A DNA stretch of 64,000 nucleotides, taken from assembly GCA_022750115.1 (NCBI GenBank), contig JAKIWI010000001.1, positions 222,419 through 286,418 of the forward strand, given 5' to 3'. Position 1 is the stretch's first letter, and every line of letters starts with the position of its first letter. The notes beneath the pieces are model-generated. The model was not told the DNA's origin and did no database searches. It saw only the letters and a list, made by a program, of their open reading frames with translations. The position numbers and the translations under genes were made by a program. The DNA comes from Thermoplasmata archaeon. Lineage in GTDB: Archaea; Thermoplasmatota; Thermoplasmata; Lutacidiplasmatales; UBA184. This document shows positions 37,742-47,618 of this stretch, piece after piece.

Positions 37742-39045
37742 ATCCGCGGCTCTGCGCAGCCCCGCGTCGGGAGCGGACCGGGGCGACCGCCAGGTTCGCC
37801 GTCCGGACCGTGGCCCTCGCTCTGCTCCTCCTCGCCGCGGGCGTCGGCACGTCCTCGGCGCGATCGGCCACGGGGGACTCATGCTCGTTCAGCGTCGGCC
37901 TCACCGCGACCCCCGCCACAGGACCGTCCCCCCTCGTCGTCCAGCTGAATGCCACCGTGACGGCTGGGACTCCGACCCAGTTCGATTGGAGCTTCGGCGA
38001 CGGGAGCTTCTGGAACAGCTCGGGAGCTGCCTCGGGCGCCCCTCTCCACCGCTACGCAACTCCGGGCCAGTTCGTCGCGACGGTCTCCGTTCTCGAAGCG
38101 TCCTGTCGGGCGACGGGCTCGGTCACGGTCGTGACCACGCCGAGCCCGCTCACGGTAAGCCTCTCGGCCAGCTCACACACCGGCGACCCACCGCTGACCG
38201 TTCTGTTCTCCGCGACGATCTCCGGGGGAACCGGGACCTACGCGAGCGCGTTCTGGTCGTTCGGGGACGGTGGGGTGGGGTCGGGCCTCCCCGTGTCATA
38301 CACGTACCAAGCCGCCGGCACCTTCCATGTCGTCGTGAACGTCACCGACTCCGGGGGCCACTGGGCGCTCGCCGATACGGTGGTGACCGTCCGCACGGGC
38401 TCGGCGGCGGGGGCTTCGGAGTGGTTCGGCATCGACGCTTGGATCTTCGAGGTGGGGGCAGCGGCGGCGTTCGCACTCGCGGTGGGCGCCGGCGTCCTCC
38501 GGATCGCCCGCCGCCGACCGGCCCAACGCACCAGCTCCCTCCTCCCCGCCGCGGAAAACTCTGGGGGCCCATCGTCGATGTCCGAACCGACACGACCAGC
38601 CACCCACGAGACCCCCGGGAATGCCGCCGCCGGAGTTATCGTCGAGGGGTCGACGACCGCGTCCGAACTCCTCCCCCAAAGCCGCGCGTCTCGAGCCGGC
38701 GGGGGCGAACGAGTCCAGCTCACCCAACGAGTCATCCTGCACATTGGCGCCCAGGGTCGACAGACGGCGGACGAGGTCGGACCGGTGGCCCTCACCCAGG
38801 CCGGCATGGCCCGGGGGCTCGAGGTCACCCAGAATTCCCTGACGAACGTGCTGCGTCGACTCGTGGCCGCCGGCGTCCTGCAGCAGGATGTCCGGCACGT
38901 CTCCGGCCAACCCCGGCGATTGAGGGTGTATCGATTCACGGATCGCGGAGAGGCCGTGTACCGGGACCTTCGGTCGCGGTCTCGGACGGAGTCGACGGCC
39001 GGGCAAGGTTCGTCGGGGCCGGGCCCTCCGACGCGGAGTGGCTGA
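37738..39045 (+). CDS. Transmembrane regulator: signal peptide, two PKD domains, TM, linker, cytoplasmic wHTH
   Basis: WSFGDG twice, HRYATPG, YTYQAAG, TM FEVGAAAAFALAVGAGVL, and wHTH TQRVILH..LTQAGMARGLEVTQNSLTNVLRRLVAAGVL..RRLRVYRFTDRG. GTGA overlap with the previous gene. Confidence 0.85.
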   Translation: MNPRLCAAPRRERTGATARFAVRTVALALLLLAAGVGTSSARSATGDSCSFSVGLTATPATGPSPLVVQLNATVTAGTPTQFDWSFGDGSFWNSSGAASGAPLHRYATPGQFVATVSVLEASCRATGSVTVVTTPSPLTVSLSASSHTGDPPLTVLFSATISGGTGTYASAFWSFGDGGVGSGLPVSYTYQAAGTFHVVVNVTDSGGHWALADTVVTVRTGSAAGASEWFGIDAWIFEVGAAAAFALAVGAGVLRIARRRPAQRTSSLLPAAENSGGPSSMSEPTRPATHETPGNAAAGVIVEGSTTASELLPQSRASRAGGGERVQLTQRVILHIGAQGRQTADEVGPVALTQAGMARGLEVTQNSLTNVLRRLVAAGVLQQDVRHVSGQPRRLRVYRFTDRGEAVYRDLRSRSRTESTAGQGSSGPGPPTRSG

Positions 39046-39116
39046 CCCAGAACCCGCTCTGGCCCCGCGGAGGGACGAGGGGGAACTCTCCCCCATCGGA
39101 TGGGTCGGGGCGCTGC

Positions 39117-39145
39117 GTTCGTCGGGACTAATATTCCCAACGAAC
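39117..39145. promoter_or_regulatory. Inverted repeat (11-bp arms) around an AT-rich TATA-like core; operator or hairpin
   Basis: GTTCGTCGGGA-CTAATAT-TCCCAACGAAC (one mismatch), ending 10 nt before ATG 39156. Confidence 0.55.
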
Positions 39146-39155
39146 TCCACCATCC

Positions 39156-40127
39156 ATGTCCCGCGACATCGTCCTAGATTGGCTGCTGGAACCGGACCAG
39201 CCGTCGGTCCGGTATCTTGTCCTGACCCAGCTGGTCGGCCGAAAGGAATCCGACCCCGACGTCCGGGCGGCGAGGGCGCTCATTCCGACCGTCGGTTGGG
39301 TGGCGGATATCCTGAGCCGCCGCGACGCGGCCGGATGGTGGGTCCGAGATCGCGGGTGGTTGGAACCCCGATTCACGGGGACCCACTGGAACATGTTGGC
39401 TCTCGCCGACCTCGGGGCGACGCGCTCCATCTCCGCGGTGGCAGCCTCGGCCGAATATTGGATGGCCAAATCCCCCCTTCTGGGAGGTGGCGTCGGCGGA
39501 TTCGGGAAGGGGAAGGGACACCACTGCTACACGGCGAACATGGCCCGGGGGCTCATTCGACTCGGCTACGCCGATGATCCCCGGGTCCGAAAAACGCTCG
39601 ACTGGCTGGTCCAAACCGCTCACCCGAAGGGAGGCTGGTCGTGCCGGTTCGTGAAGGACGGACCCGCACCGAGCCGATCGCTCGACGCCTGGGAGGGGTT
39701 GGCGGCGTTCGCGGCGTACCCTCGCTCGAAGTGGACCCCCTCCATGACCGGCTGCGTCGAGCGGGCCGCCGAATACTACCTCGAGCACGAGCTGCATGTT
39801 CAGGGCGACCGGTACGAACCCTGGTACCGATTTCACTGGCCAGTCCACTACTACTACGACTTGCTCGTCGGGTTGACTGCCCTCACCTCCTTGGGTTACG
39901 GAGACGACCCGCGCCTCGGTTTCGCGCTCAACCTGTTGCGAAGCAAGAGGCGCTCGGACGGCCGCTGGAACCTCGATGCGAACCAGCTCGACCCGGACCC
40001 GGAAACCGCAGCGTTCTTCGCGCAGCACCCCCAGAAGCGTCCCATCCCGCTCACGTTCGAGACCGCAGGGCAACCGAGCAAGATGGTGACCCTCCGGGCG
40101 CGCACCGTTCTGTCGCGCGTGGAGTAG
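39156..40127 (+). CDS. Prenyltransferase/squalene-cyclase-like alpha-alpha toroid protein, function unknown
   Basis: LDWLLEPDQPSVRY, QW-like motifs (AAGWW, KGGWSC, SDGRW), WPVHYYYDLL, GQPSKMVT. Confidence 0.7.
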   Translation: MSRDIVLDWLLEPDQPSVRYLVLTQLVGRKESDPDVRAARALIPTVGWVADILSRRDAAGWWVRDRGWLEPRFTGTHWNMLALADLGATRSISAVAASAEYWMAKSPLLGGGVGGFGKGKGHHCYTANMARGLIRLGYADDPRVRKTLDWLVQTAHPKGGWSCRFVKDGPAPSRSLDAWEGLAAFAAYPRSKWTPSMTGCVERAAEYYLEHELHVQGDRYEPWYRFHWPVHYYYDLLVGLTALTSLGYGDDPRLGFALNLLRSKRRSDGRWNLDANQLDPDPETAAFFAQHPQKRPIPLTFETAGQPSKMVTLRARTVLSRVE

Positions 40128-40202
40128 AGCCCGCCCGCGCTCTGGACCGCGAGCGATGTTCCGCCGGGGTCTCCGAGAGAGGGGACCGAGCGGAGCTTGC
40201 CC

Positions 40203-40652
40203 TCAGCTCACCGCTCGTTTCAGGAGCGCGACGATCCGCGCCTCATCCGTGGCCGTCAGCGCCGTGAGCGCGAAATCGGTCGGCCACATGTGGCCCTCAT
40301 CCAGCTTCGCTTCGTCGCTGAATCCGATCGTGGCGTATCGTGTCCCGAACTTCTCCGCCGGTCGGAAGAAGCAGAGGACCTCGTCGTCCTTCGTGTAGGC
40401 GGGCATACCGTACCAGGTCTTCGCGGACAGGGCCGGTGCGTGGGTCCGGACGAGCGCGTGGAGCCGCTCTGCGATGGCACGATCCGACGGTCCCATTTCC
40501 GCGATCTTGGCGCGCACTTGGCTTTCCCCGTCGGCCTTGACCGCGCTCGCCCGCAACTCCTTGGCTCGCTCGCGGACCGCGGCTCGCTCCTCTTTCGAGA
40601 ATGTGTTCGCGGGCTTCTGCGCACCCTTCTTCATGGGGTTCCGATCCGCCAT
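40203..40652 (-). CDS. DUF1801 (YdhG-like) protein
   Basis: FSKEERAAVRERAKEL, KTWYGMPAY, KFGTRYATIGFSD, MWPT.FAL. Confidence 0.85.
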   Translation of the reverse strand: MADRNPMKKGAQKPANTFSKEERAAVRERAKELRASAVKADGESQVRAKIAEMGPSDRAIAERLHALVRTHAPALSAKTWYGMPAYTKDDEVLCFFRPAEKFGTRYATIGFSDEAKLDEGHMWPTDFALTALTATDEARIVALLKRAVS

Positions 40653-40797
40653 GGTCGCTGGACTTTCTTGGTTTTCTTAACGTACCAGCACGGCCACGGA
40701 CCGCGCGAGCTACACGAGGCGCTGCGGGGTGGGCTCTGGGACCGCGCCGAGATGGGGTGCGGGATTTATCGTGCCTCGGGCACTTTCTCTGACGTGT

Positions 40798-40870
40798 GCC
40801 GCCATAGCTCAGTCGGGAGAGCGGCTGATTTGTAATCAGCAGGTCGGGAGTTCAATCCTCCCTGGCGGCT
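40798..40870 (+). tRNA. tRNA-Thr(TGT)
   Basis: Acceptor GCCGCCA/TGGCGGC, anticodon arm GCTGA-TTTGTAA-TCAGC, T arm GGGAG-TTCAATC-CTCCC, discriminator T, no CCA. TTTATC about 28 nt upstream. Confidence 0.96.
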
Positions 40871-40955
40871 CGTCGACGCCCCAACGGCCGGTGAAGCGCA
40901 CGTTGGGAACGTTTATCGCTCGCTCTGGCTAGCCCGCGTCGGATACGCGTCGACG

Positions 40956-43700
40956 ATGCCTCGCACGACCTCACATCAAGCCGTCCTTCTGGCCGTCGCC
41001 GTCGCCCTCAGCGTGGCTCTCCCGGTCCTGTTCACCTCCGGGTTCGCGCTGGCGCCGGTGGGTTTTTCGAGGGTGCCCAGCCATCTGCAGGGACCCGACC
41101 CCCAATCGACGGTCGCGGCGCACGAGCGGTCGGTTCTCGCCCCGAACGCTCCCGGCGGCGCCGTTCCGGCGGCGGCCCGACCGGGAGTCGCCAACCTTGG
41201 GCGCATCGGCGAGACGTACGATTTCCAGAATCACACGTTGATTCCGGGCAATTTTACGAATATCTCCGACGTCGTCAGCCCCACGACCGGCGCGGTGGAT
41301 CCCACGAATGGTCGGATCTACGCCGGGGGGTTCGCTGGCTTCGTTGGGGTGGTCGACGCCGTGAACTCCTCACTCGCCGGGTCCATGCCGGCGGTTGCCG
41401 GCGCGAGCGCTCTCGCCATCGGCGCGACGAGCGCCACAGTCTACGTGGCCGACCTGTTCGACTCGAAGGTCACGGTGCTGGACACGCGAACGATGTCCGC
41501 GGTGGGCTCCTTCACCGTGGGTCCCAGCCCAAACGCCCTCCAGTACGACTCTCAAAACAACGAACTGTACGTGGCGGTCGGTGGCGCGAACAACGTCAGC
41601 GTGGTCAACCCGAACTCCGACGCGGTGATCCGGACCATTCCGACCGGGAGCGTCCCGTCGGCCTTTGCCTTCGATGCCACGCTCCACCGCCTCTTCGTGG
41701 CGAACTACAACTCCGCGAATGTGACCGTGATCAACACCTCGGACGACCAGGTTCTCGCCTCCGTTGGCGTCGGACCTTCGCCTCTTTCCTTGGCCTTCTC
41801 CCCTCAGTCCGGTGAGGTGTTCGTCGCCGACTCGGGCTCCAACAATCTCACGGTACTGAATGCGAGCTCCAACCTCGTCGTGACGACCGTGACGTTGGCG
41901 TTCTCCCCGAATGCGCTGACCATCGATCCGGCGGTGGGCTTCGTGTATGCCGCCGCGGCGAATGCCAACCTGATCGAGGTCGTCAACGTACGGACCGATG
42001 CCGTGGTCGGCTCCATCTCCGCGATCGCGATTCCAAGCGCCTTGCTCTACGACGCCGTCACGGGCGATGTCTACGCGGTCGAGTACGGGACGGACAACCT
42101 CACGGTGATCAACCCCGGCAGCAACGGAATCCTGGGCTCGATTCGACTCGGGATCGAACCCGATGCCGTGGCCTACGACCTGAAGACCGGCGCGATCGGG
42201 ACGACGATGTTCGACGCCGGCATCCTGGCGCTCATTAACGGGACGACGGGCGCACCGATCGCGACGTTCGGGGTCGGCCTGCACCCCACGGCAGTTCAGT
42301 ACGACTCGGTGAACGAGTGCTTCTACGTGGCCGGTACGGACTCGAATGTGGTCACGGTCGTGAACGGCACGACCCTCCGAATCGTCTCCACGATTCCCGT
42401 CACGCAACCGATCAACTTCGCGTTCGTGCAACCGTACGATTACGTCTACGTGTTGTCCGGCGCCGGGTCCTTCATCGGAAGCGTACCCACGACCGTGACG
42501 GTCATCAACGGGGCCAGCAACCAGGTCGTCGGGACGATCCACGTCACCGGCGTCAATGGGATCGGTGGGCTCGCCTTCGACCCGATCAATGGGGACCTGT
42601 ACATCGGCACCGGCGACAACGTGACCGTTGTGGCGGCATTGACCCACACGGTGGTCGCGACGATCCCCCTCACGGGCTCCTCCTACTCCATCGCCGTGGA
42701 CCCGGTCACCGGAGCGGTCTACGCCGGGTGCCTCTACGGTCTGTTCGGCAACAGCCCCGACACACAACTCACCGTGATCAACGGGTCCTCGAACGGCATC
42801 ACGACGGTCCTCAACATGTCGGACCCGACCGTCGCCATGGATTATGATGCGGCGAACGGCCTCCTCTACATCGCGCAGAACGGGATCCACGGAAACATCA
42901 CTGCGCTCGACCCGAAGACGAACTCCGTCGTAGGGACCGTGGGGAATTTCCTCTACTCGTTCGGACTCGCCGATACTGGGCCGACGGGTCAGGTTCTCGC
43001 GGCGAACCAATTCACCGCGTCCTTGACGATTGTGACGCTCGCCGGACTCGGACAGTACGCGGTGAACTTCACCGAGCGTGGTCTCGCCGCGGGCCAGTCC
43101 TGGTCGGTGGTCGCCAATGGGGGGACGTACACGTCTTCGACCCCGTCGATCGTCGTGGCCCAGCCGGACGGTTCGGTGACGTTCACGGTCCCACCGGTCC
43201 TCGGCTACACGGCGGCCCCGAACGCGTCCTCCGTACCGGTCGATGGGTCGGTCGTCGCGGTGGCCATCGTGTTCACGCCGCTGCCTCCCACGTTCGGAGT
43301 GAACTTTGTCCAGTCGGGCCTCCCCTCCGGATTGAACTGGTCCGTGACGCTCGCGGGCGTCGCGCAGAACTCGACGCAGACGGCCATCACCTTCCACGTC
43401 ACCAACGGCTCGTGGCAGTTCGCGGTCACGGCGATCGGCGGGTACCTCCGGACCCCGACCGCCGGGACGGTGCACGTGCTCGGAAAGGACGTCCTTCTCA
43501 ACGTGAGCTTCACCCCGGTGTCGAAGGGGACAACGACTCCGGGCGGGAACGCGCCCTCCGGGTTGACGGGTCTTCTCGGCTACGGCGCGGCGGCGGCGGG
43601 GGCGGCCGTCGGGGGAGCGATCGGCGCGGGGGTCGCCTTAGCGCGCCGGGGACGGACCGACGTGGCGACGCCGCCCGAGAATCCGCCGTCCTCCGAATAG
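40956..43700 (+). CDS. YVTN/YncE beta-propeller surface protein with thermopsin-type C-terminal repeats and a TM anchor
   Basis: About 14 P..xA.D....LYVA....N.VTVIN repeats, two F.E/QSGL..G..WSV repeats, and a C-terminal hydrophobic helix. Confidence 0.88.
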   Translation: MPRTTSHQAVLLAVAVALSVALPVLFTSGFALAPVGFSRVPSHLQGPDPQSTVAAHERSVLAPNAPGGAVPAAARPGVANLGRIGETYDFQNHTLIPGNFTNISDVVSPTTGAVDPTNGRIYAGGFAGFVGVVDAVNSSLAGSMPAVAGASALAIGATSATVYVADLFDSKVTVLDTRTMSAVGSFTVGPSPNALQYDSQNNELYVAVGGANNVSVVNPNSDAVIRTIPTGSVPSAFAFDATLHRLFVANYNSANVTVINTSDDQVLASVGVGPSPLSLAFSPQSGEVFVADSGSNNLTVLNASSNLVVTTVTLAFSPNALTIDPAVGFVYAAAANANLIEVVNVRTDAVVGSISAIAIPSALLYDAVTGDVYAVEYGTDNLTVINPGSNGILGSIRLGIEPDAVAYDLKTGAIGTTMFDAGILALINGTTGAPIATFGVGLHPTAVQYDSVNECFYVAGTDSNVVTVVNGTTLRIVSTIPVTQPINFAFVQPYDYVYVLSGAGSFIGSVPTTVTVINGASNQVVGTIHVTGVNGIGGLAFDPINGDLYIGTGDNVTVVAALTHTVVATIPLTGSSYSIAVDPVTGAVYAGCLYGLFGNSPDTQLTVINGSSNGITTVLNMSDPTVAMDYDAANGLLYIAQNGIHGNITALDPKTNSVVGTVGNFLYSFGLADTGPTGQVLAANQFTASLTIVTLAGLGQYAVNFTERGLAAGQSWSVVANGGTYTSSTPSIVVAQPDGSVTFTVPPVLGYTAAPNASSVPVDGSVVAVAIVFTPLPPTFGVNFVQSGLPSGLNWSVTLAGVAQNSTQTAITFHVTNGSWQFAVTAIGGYLRTPTAGTVHVLGKDVLLNVSFTPVSKGTTTPGGNAPSGLTGLLGYGAAAAGAAVGGAIGAGVALARRGRTDVATPPENPPSSE

Positions 43701-43781
43701 ACAGCTCGCTCGCCCTGGATTCGAGCGCGAGAGACCCCGCGCCGACCGTGCTCGCGAGAGTGTCGGTGGACCGGGATCGCC

Positions 43782-45047
43782 TCAGCGCCGACGGTGCCGA
43801 GGAGACGACGAAGCCCGCCCGCCCGGGCCTTTGCTCGTCGCCTTCGACGGGGACGTGCCGCCTCGGTCGACCCAGGTACCCGCGATGACCCATGGCGGTT
43901 CGGGCGAGATCGGCTCCATGACGTCGGAGCGGAACCGCTCGACCGCGCGTTCATCGACCTCGACCCCGAGCCCGGGCCCCGTCGGGATCCGGAACCCGCC
44001 GTTCTCGATCGTGTAGCCGCGCACGAGGGAACGCTTCCATTCGGGCCAGCTCGCCTCGAAACTCTCCTGGACGAAGAACGTCGGGAGAGTGGCATCGATC
44101 TGGAGCGTGGCGGCGGTCTGGATGGGGCCGAACGCGTTGTGGTAGGCGACCGGCGCGCCGAACGCCGCCGCGACACCGGAGATCTCCCGCCCCGAGGTGA
44201 ATCCGCCCGAATTGGTGATGTCCGGCTGGAGAATGTCCACCAGGCCTCGGGAGAGGAAGCTCAGGAAGTCCGACGGCGTCAGGAGTCGTTCGCCCAGGGC
44301 GACGGGAGTCGATACGCGCCGGCGGAAGTCGACCAACGCATCGCACAGCTCCGGGCGCACCGGCTCCTCGGCAAATCGCGGATGATACTGCTCGAGCTCA
44401 CGCCCGGCGCGAATCGCCGCTTCGGGGAAGAACCGCCCGTGGTACTCGATGAGCAGGTCGACGTCCTCTCCCACGGCTTCCCGGACGGCGCCGACTCGGG
44501 CGGAGGCGAGGCGGAGCCCCGCCGGCGACAGTTGACCGAACTGGTCTCCGAATGGGTCGAACTTGAGAGCGCCGAAACCCGAGTCCGTCATCGCCTTCGC
44601 CTTGGCGGCGAACTCCGCCGGGTCGCGGCAGTCGGAGTACCATCCGTTGGAGTAAGCCCGCACGTGGTTCCGGAGCCGGCCCCCGAGCAGGTCGGACACG
44701 GGGCACCCGAGCTCGTGGCCCACGAGGTCGTGGCAGGCGATGTCGACGGCCGACAGCGCGCTCGTCGCTTCCATCGACCGGGAGCGGTAGAACGAGTAGC
44801 GCTCGTACTCCGCGAACGCCGCTCGGTGCTCCGCGAGCGACCTCCCGCGGTAGAACCGCGCGACCTCGGCCACGCTCTCGAACACCGGACGCGTCATCAG
44901 CGTGGTCGGCGCCTCGCCCCAACCGACGGCGCCCGATGTGGTCGTCACCTTCACGAGCACGACCGTGGAGCTCCATGGCGACGATGCTTCGCCCGCCGGG
45001 GCGGCGACCTCGATCGGCTCGACCTCGCGGATGATCTGCTTCCCCAT
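43782..45047 (-). CDS. Mandelate racemase/enolase-superfamily acid-sugar dehydratase (probable gluconate/galactonate dehydratase)
   Basis: PWSST, GWGEAPTT, AYSNGWY, LKFDPF, IEYHGRF, EEP, GERL, QPDITN, HNAFGP. Confidence 0.85.
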   Translation of the reverse strand: MGKQIIREVEPIEVAAPAGEASSPWSSTVVLVKVTTTSGAVGWGEAPTTLMTRPVFESVAEVARFYRGRSLAEHRAAFAEYERYSFYRSRSMEATSALSAVDIACHDLVGHELGCPVSDLLGGRLRNHVRAYSNGWYSDCRDPAEFAAKAKAMTDSGFGALKFDPFGDQFGQLSPAGLRLASARVGAVREAVGEDVDLLIEYHGRFFPEAAIRAGRELEQYHPRFAEEPVRPELCDALVDFRRRVSTPVALGERLLTPSDFLSFLSRGLVDILQPDITNSGGFTSGREISGVAAAFGAPVAYHNAFGPIQTAATLQIDATLPTFFVQESFEASWPEWKRSLVRGYTIENGGFRIPTGPGLGVEVDERAVERFRSDVMEPISPEPPWVIAGTWVDRGGTSPSKATSKGPGGRASSSPRHRRR

Positions 45048-45156
45048 CGACGATTGCCCGACGGCCAACGCCCTGCTGAGAGCGAGCCGTCCGTTCGGCG
45101 GAGCGCGGCCCCCCATACAGCCTTTCCCGAACGGCGAACCCTTACGGCCCGGCGCG

Positions 45157-45990
45157 ATGGCGACCCGCGTGACCGCCGAACTCCGGGTCGGTTGCTCGTC
45201 GTGGACGAGCGAGGCGTGGAACGGGCGCCTGTATCCGCCGGGACTTCCGCCGGGCCAGCGACTCCCGTACTACGCGCGGTTCTTCGACACCGTCGAGGTC
45301 GACGCGACGTACTACGCGATCCCGGCGCGCGCCATGGTGCGCGGCTGGGCGCAGCGCACCCCCGACTCGTTCCAGTTCGCCCTCAAGCTCTCCCGGGAGC
45401 TCATGGAGCCGGGCAAGCCGCTCGACGACGGGAAGGTGGAGGCGTTCCTGGCCGCCGCGGCGGCGCTCGGTCCGAAGCTTACCGGGGTCGTCGCGCAATT
45501 TCCCCCGTCGTTCCGCCCGCCCAAGGACGGGAACGAGGGGGCGGCCGGGCAGCTCGAACGACTCGTCACCCGCCTCGCGCCCCATGTGCCGCTGGCGATC
45601 GAGCTCCGCGACAAGGGGTGGTTCCAGGGCGCGCGCGCGAAATGGCTCGCCGCGCATTTCGCCGAGCACGACGCCGCCCTTGCCTGGTCGTCCCTGACGT
45701 TTCTCGATGTGCCGGACCTGCTCACCACGAACCGGATCTATCTACGATTCATCGGGGACCATACGACGATTCCCGAGTCGTCGCTCGGTGAAACCCGGGT
45801 CGACCGAACGGCCGAGCTGCAGAAATGGGCCGACTCCGTCCAGCGGCGCCTCGATGAGGTCGACCGGGCGCTCGTGTTCTTCAACAATCACTTCATGGGC
45901 TACGCGCCGGCGTCCGCGGATTCGTTCCTTCGCATGATGGGCCGGTCCGGCGTCCCGAATCTCGGGCGAGCCCTCGACACGCCGTACTAG
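45157..45990 (+). CDS. DUF72 (YecE-like) protein
   Basis: VGCSSW...W...YP, YARFFDTVEVDATYY, QFPPSF, IELRD..W, FFNNH. Confidence 0.9.
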   Translation: MATRVTAELRVGCSSWTSEAWNGRLYPPGLPPGQRLPYYARFFDTVEVDATYYAIPARAMVRGWAQRTPDSFQFALKLSRELMEPGKPLDDGKVEAFLAAAAALGPKLTGVVAQFPPSFRPPKDGNEGAAGQLERLVTRLAPHVPLAIELRDKGWFQGARAKWLAAHFAEHDAALAWSSLTFLDVPDLLTTNRIYLRFIGDHTTIPESSLGETRVDRTAELQKWADSVQRRLDEVDRALVFFNNHFMGYAPASADSFLRMMGRSGVPNLGRALDTPY

Positions 45991-46275
45991 GCGGGGAACG
46001 TCCTTCGTAGGTGAGACGGCGGCCCAGCGCGCGTGGGACGCGTCGGACGGCGGTTGGAACGCCGTCGGTTGGCCCAGGCTCGAGCCCACCGACCAGAATC
46101 GAGAGGAGCCCGGCGATTGCACCACGTGGCCGCTCCGACGAGGGAGCAGCGCGTCCTGCCGTTCGAACAGCGCGCGACGCCAAGTATATATCAATCGGGC
46201 AGCACCCTTCGATGCTCGACGTCTGACGGCCCCCGAGGCTGCCGGCCCGGGCGTTAGGAGCATAGGAACGAGCAC

Positions 46276-46443
46276 GTGCCGCGACCCAGGAAATCGGCCG
46301 AAACTCGCCGAGTGCCCCTCGCGGTGTACGCCCCTCCGGCCGTACTCCGCCGCCTTCGCGCCGTCGCAGCGAAGGACCGCCGCTCCCTCTCGACCCAGGC
46401 ACTGATCCTCATCGAGGACGGGCTGAAGTCCCGAAAATCGTAG
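46276..46443 (+). CDS. Small ribbon-helix-helix (Arc/CopG-like) DNA-binding protein, 55 aa; absent from the ORF track
   Basis: MPRPRKSAETRRVPLAVYAPPAVLRRLRAVAAKDRRSLSTQALILIEDGLKSRKS. Strong TATATA box at about 46185-46190. Confidence 0.7.
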   Translation: MPRPRKSAETRRVPLAVYAPPAVLRRLRAVAAKDRRSLSTQALILIEDGLKSRKS

Positions 46444-46619
46444 CGGTCGCTCCCCGGGGCGCTGTCTCCCCGAGACGGCGGTTCCGTTCGGACTCCCACG
46501 GTCGCCGACGGTGGGCGACGCGGCAGAGCCCCCCGCGGAGCTGACCTCGTCACCGCGACCTGCGATGGCCGGGTCGCTCCCGGCCGTATTATCGGCCCTT
46601 TGCTTTGCTCCGTTCAGCG

Positions 46620-47549
46620 ATGAAGGGAGGCCGAGGGGATCCCAGCCACTTTGACGTTCGCCGAGTCGGCCCGGGCGCCTGGGCGGCCATCGCCCGCGAT
46701 GGCGGATACGCGCTGTGCAACTCGGGGATCTTCGACCTCGGCCGGATGACCGTCGTCTTCGATACGATGCTCACGCCCGTCGCGGGGGCGAAGCTCGCAC
46801 TTGCCGCACGGCGACTGACCGGACGGCCGCCCGACGTCGTCGTCAACAGTCATTGGCACGGGGATCACATCCGCGGGAACGTCGCATTCCGGCCGGCCCC
46901 CATCGCCTCGACCCAGCGAACGCGGGAATTGATCCTCACTCGGGGCCGGGAACAGTGGACCTCGGACCTTCGAGAGATGCCCGGGGCCTTACGGGAGCTC
47001 GACGCGGCCGACCAGATTCTCCCGGCGGCCGATCGGACCGTGTTCCGAGGCTGGTTTCAGGGCACGCTTGCGGTTCGCCGACCATTCCGCCCGATCGCGC
47101 CCGACCTGACGTTCGACCGGAAGCTGACGATCTTCGGGGAGCGGCGCGAGCTCCGGCTTGTCAGCTACGGCGGGGGACACTCGCCGAGCGACGTTTTCGC
47201 GTTCGAGCCCGACGGAAAGATCGCCTGTCTCGGCGACCTGCTCTCGATTGGATACCACCCGTCGGCCGGGGACGGCAATCCCCGCTCGTGGGCGGCCATG
47301 CTGGCCCGGATCCGCCGACTCCGGACGGAGACGGCGATTCCCGGCCACGGTGCCGTGGGAGGCGCGGCCGACCTCGCGAAGATGGAGCGCTACCTGCGCG
47401 GCCTCGTGCGGACCGCCCGCTCTGCCCGTCGGTCGAGACGCTCCCGGGCAGAGATGATGCGGACTCCTCCGCCCGAGGAGTTCCACGATTGGACCTTCGC
47501 GGGCTTCTATTCTGAGAACCTCGCCCGTGCCTTCGCGCAGTCGAAGTAA
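46620..47549 (+). CDS. Metallo-beta-lactamase fold hydrolase
   Basis: NSG, VFDT, NSHWHGDHIRGN, GHSPSD, GDL, IPGHG. Confidence 0.9.
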   Translation: MKGGRGDPSHFDVRRVGPGAWAAIARDGGYALCNSGIFDLGRMTVVFDTMLTPVAGAKLALAARRLTGRPPDVVVNSHWHGDHIRGNVAFRPAPIASTQRTRELILTRGREQWTSDLREMPGALRELDAADQILPAADRTVFRGWFQGTLAVRRPFRPIAPDLTFDRKLTIFGERRELRLVSYGGGHSPSDVFAFEPDGKIACLGDLLSIGYHPSAGDGNPRSWAAMLARIRRLRTETAIPGHGAVGGAADLAKMERYLRGLVRTARSARRSRRSRAEMMRTPPPEEFHDWTFAGFYSENLARAFAQSK

Positions 47550-47618
47550 TCCGATTCGACGCTCGCCCCCCCCGCTCGTCGGCTCGTTTCAGGTCCAGCG
47601 CAGTGTTCTTCTGGGTCG

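Noticed and set aside
40798-43700. tRNA-Thr as a possible integration site for a genomic island
   Set aside because: I saw no duplicate of the tRNA 3' end and no integrase or phage genes in the window.
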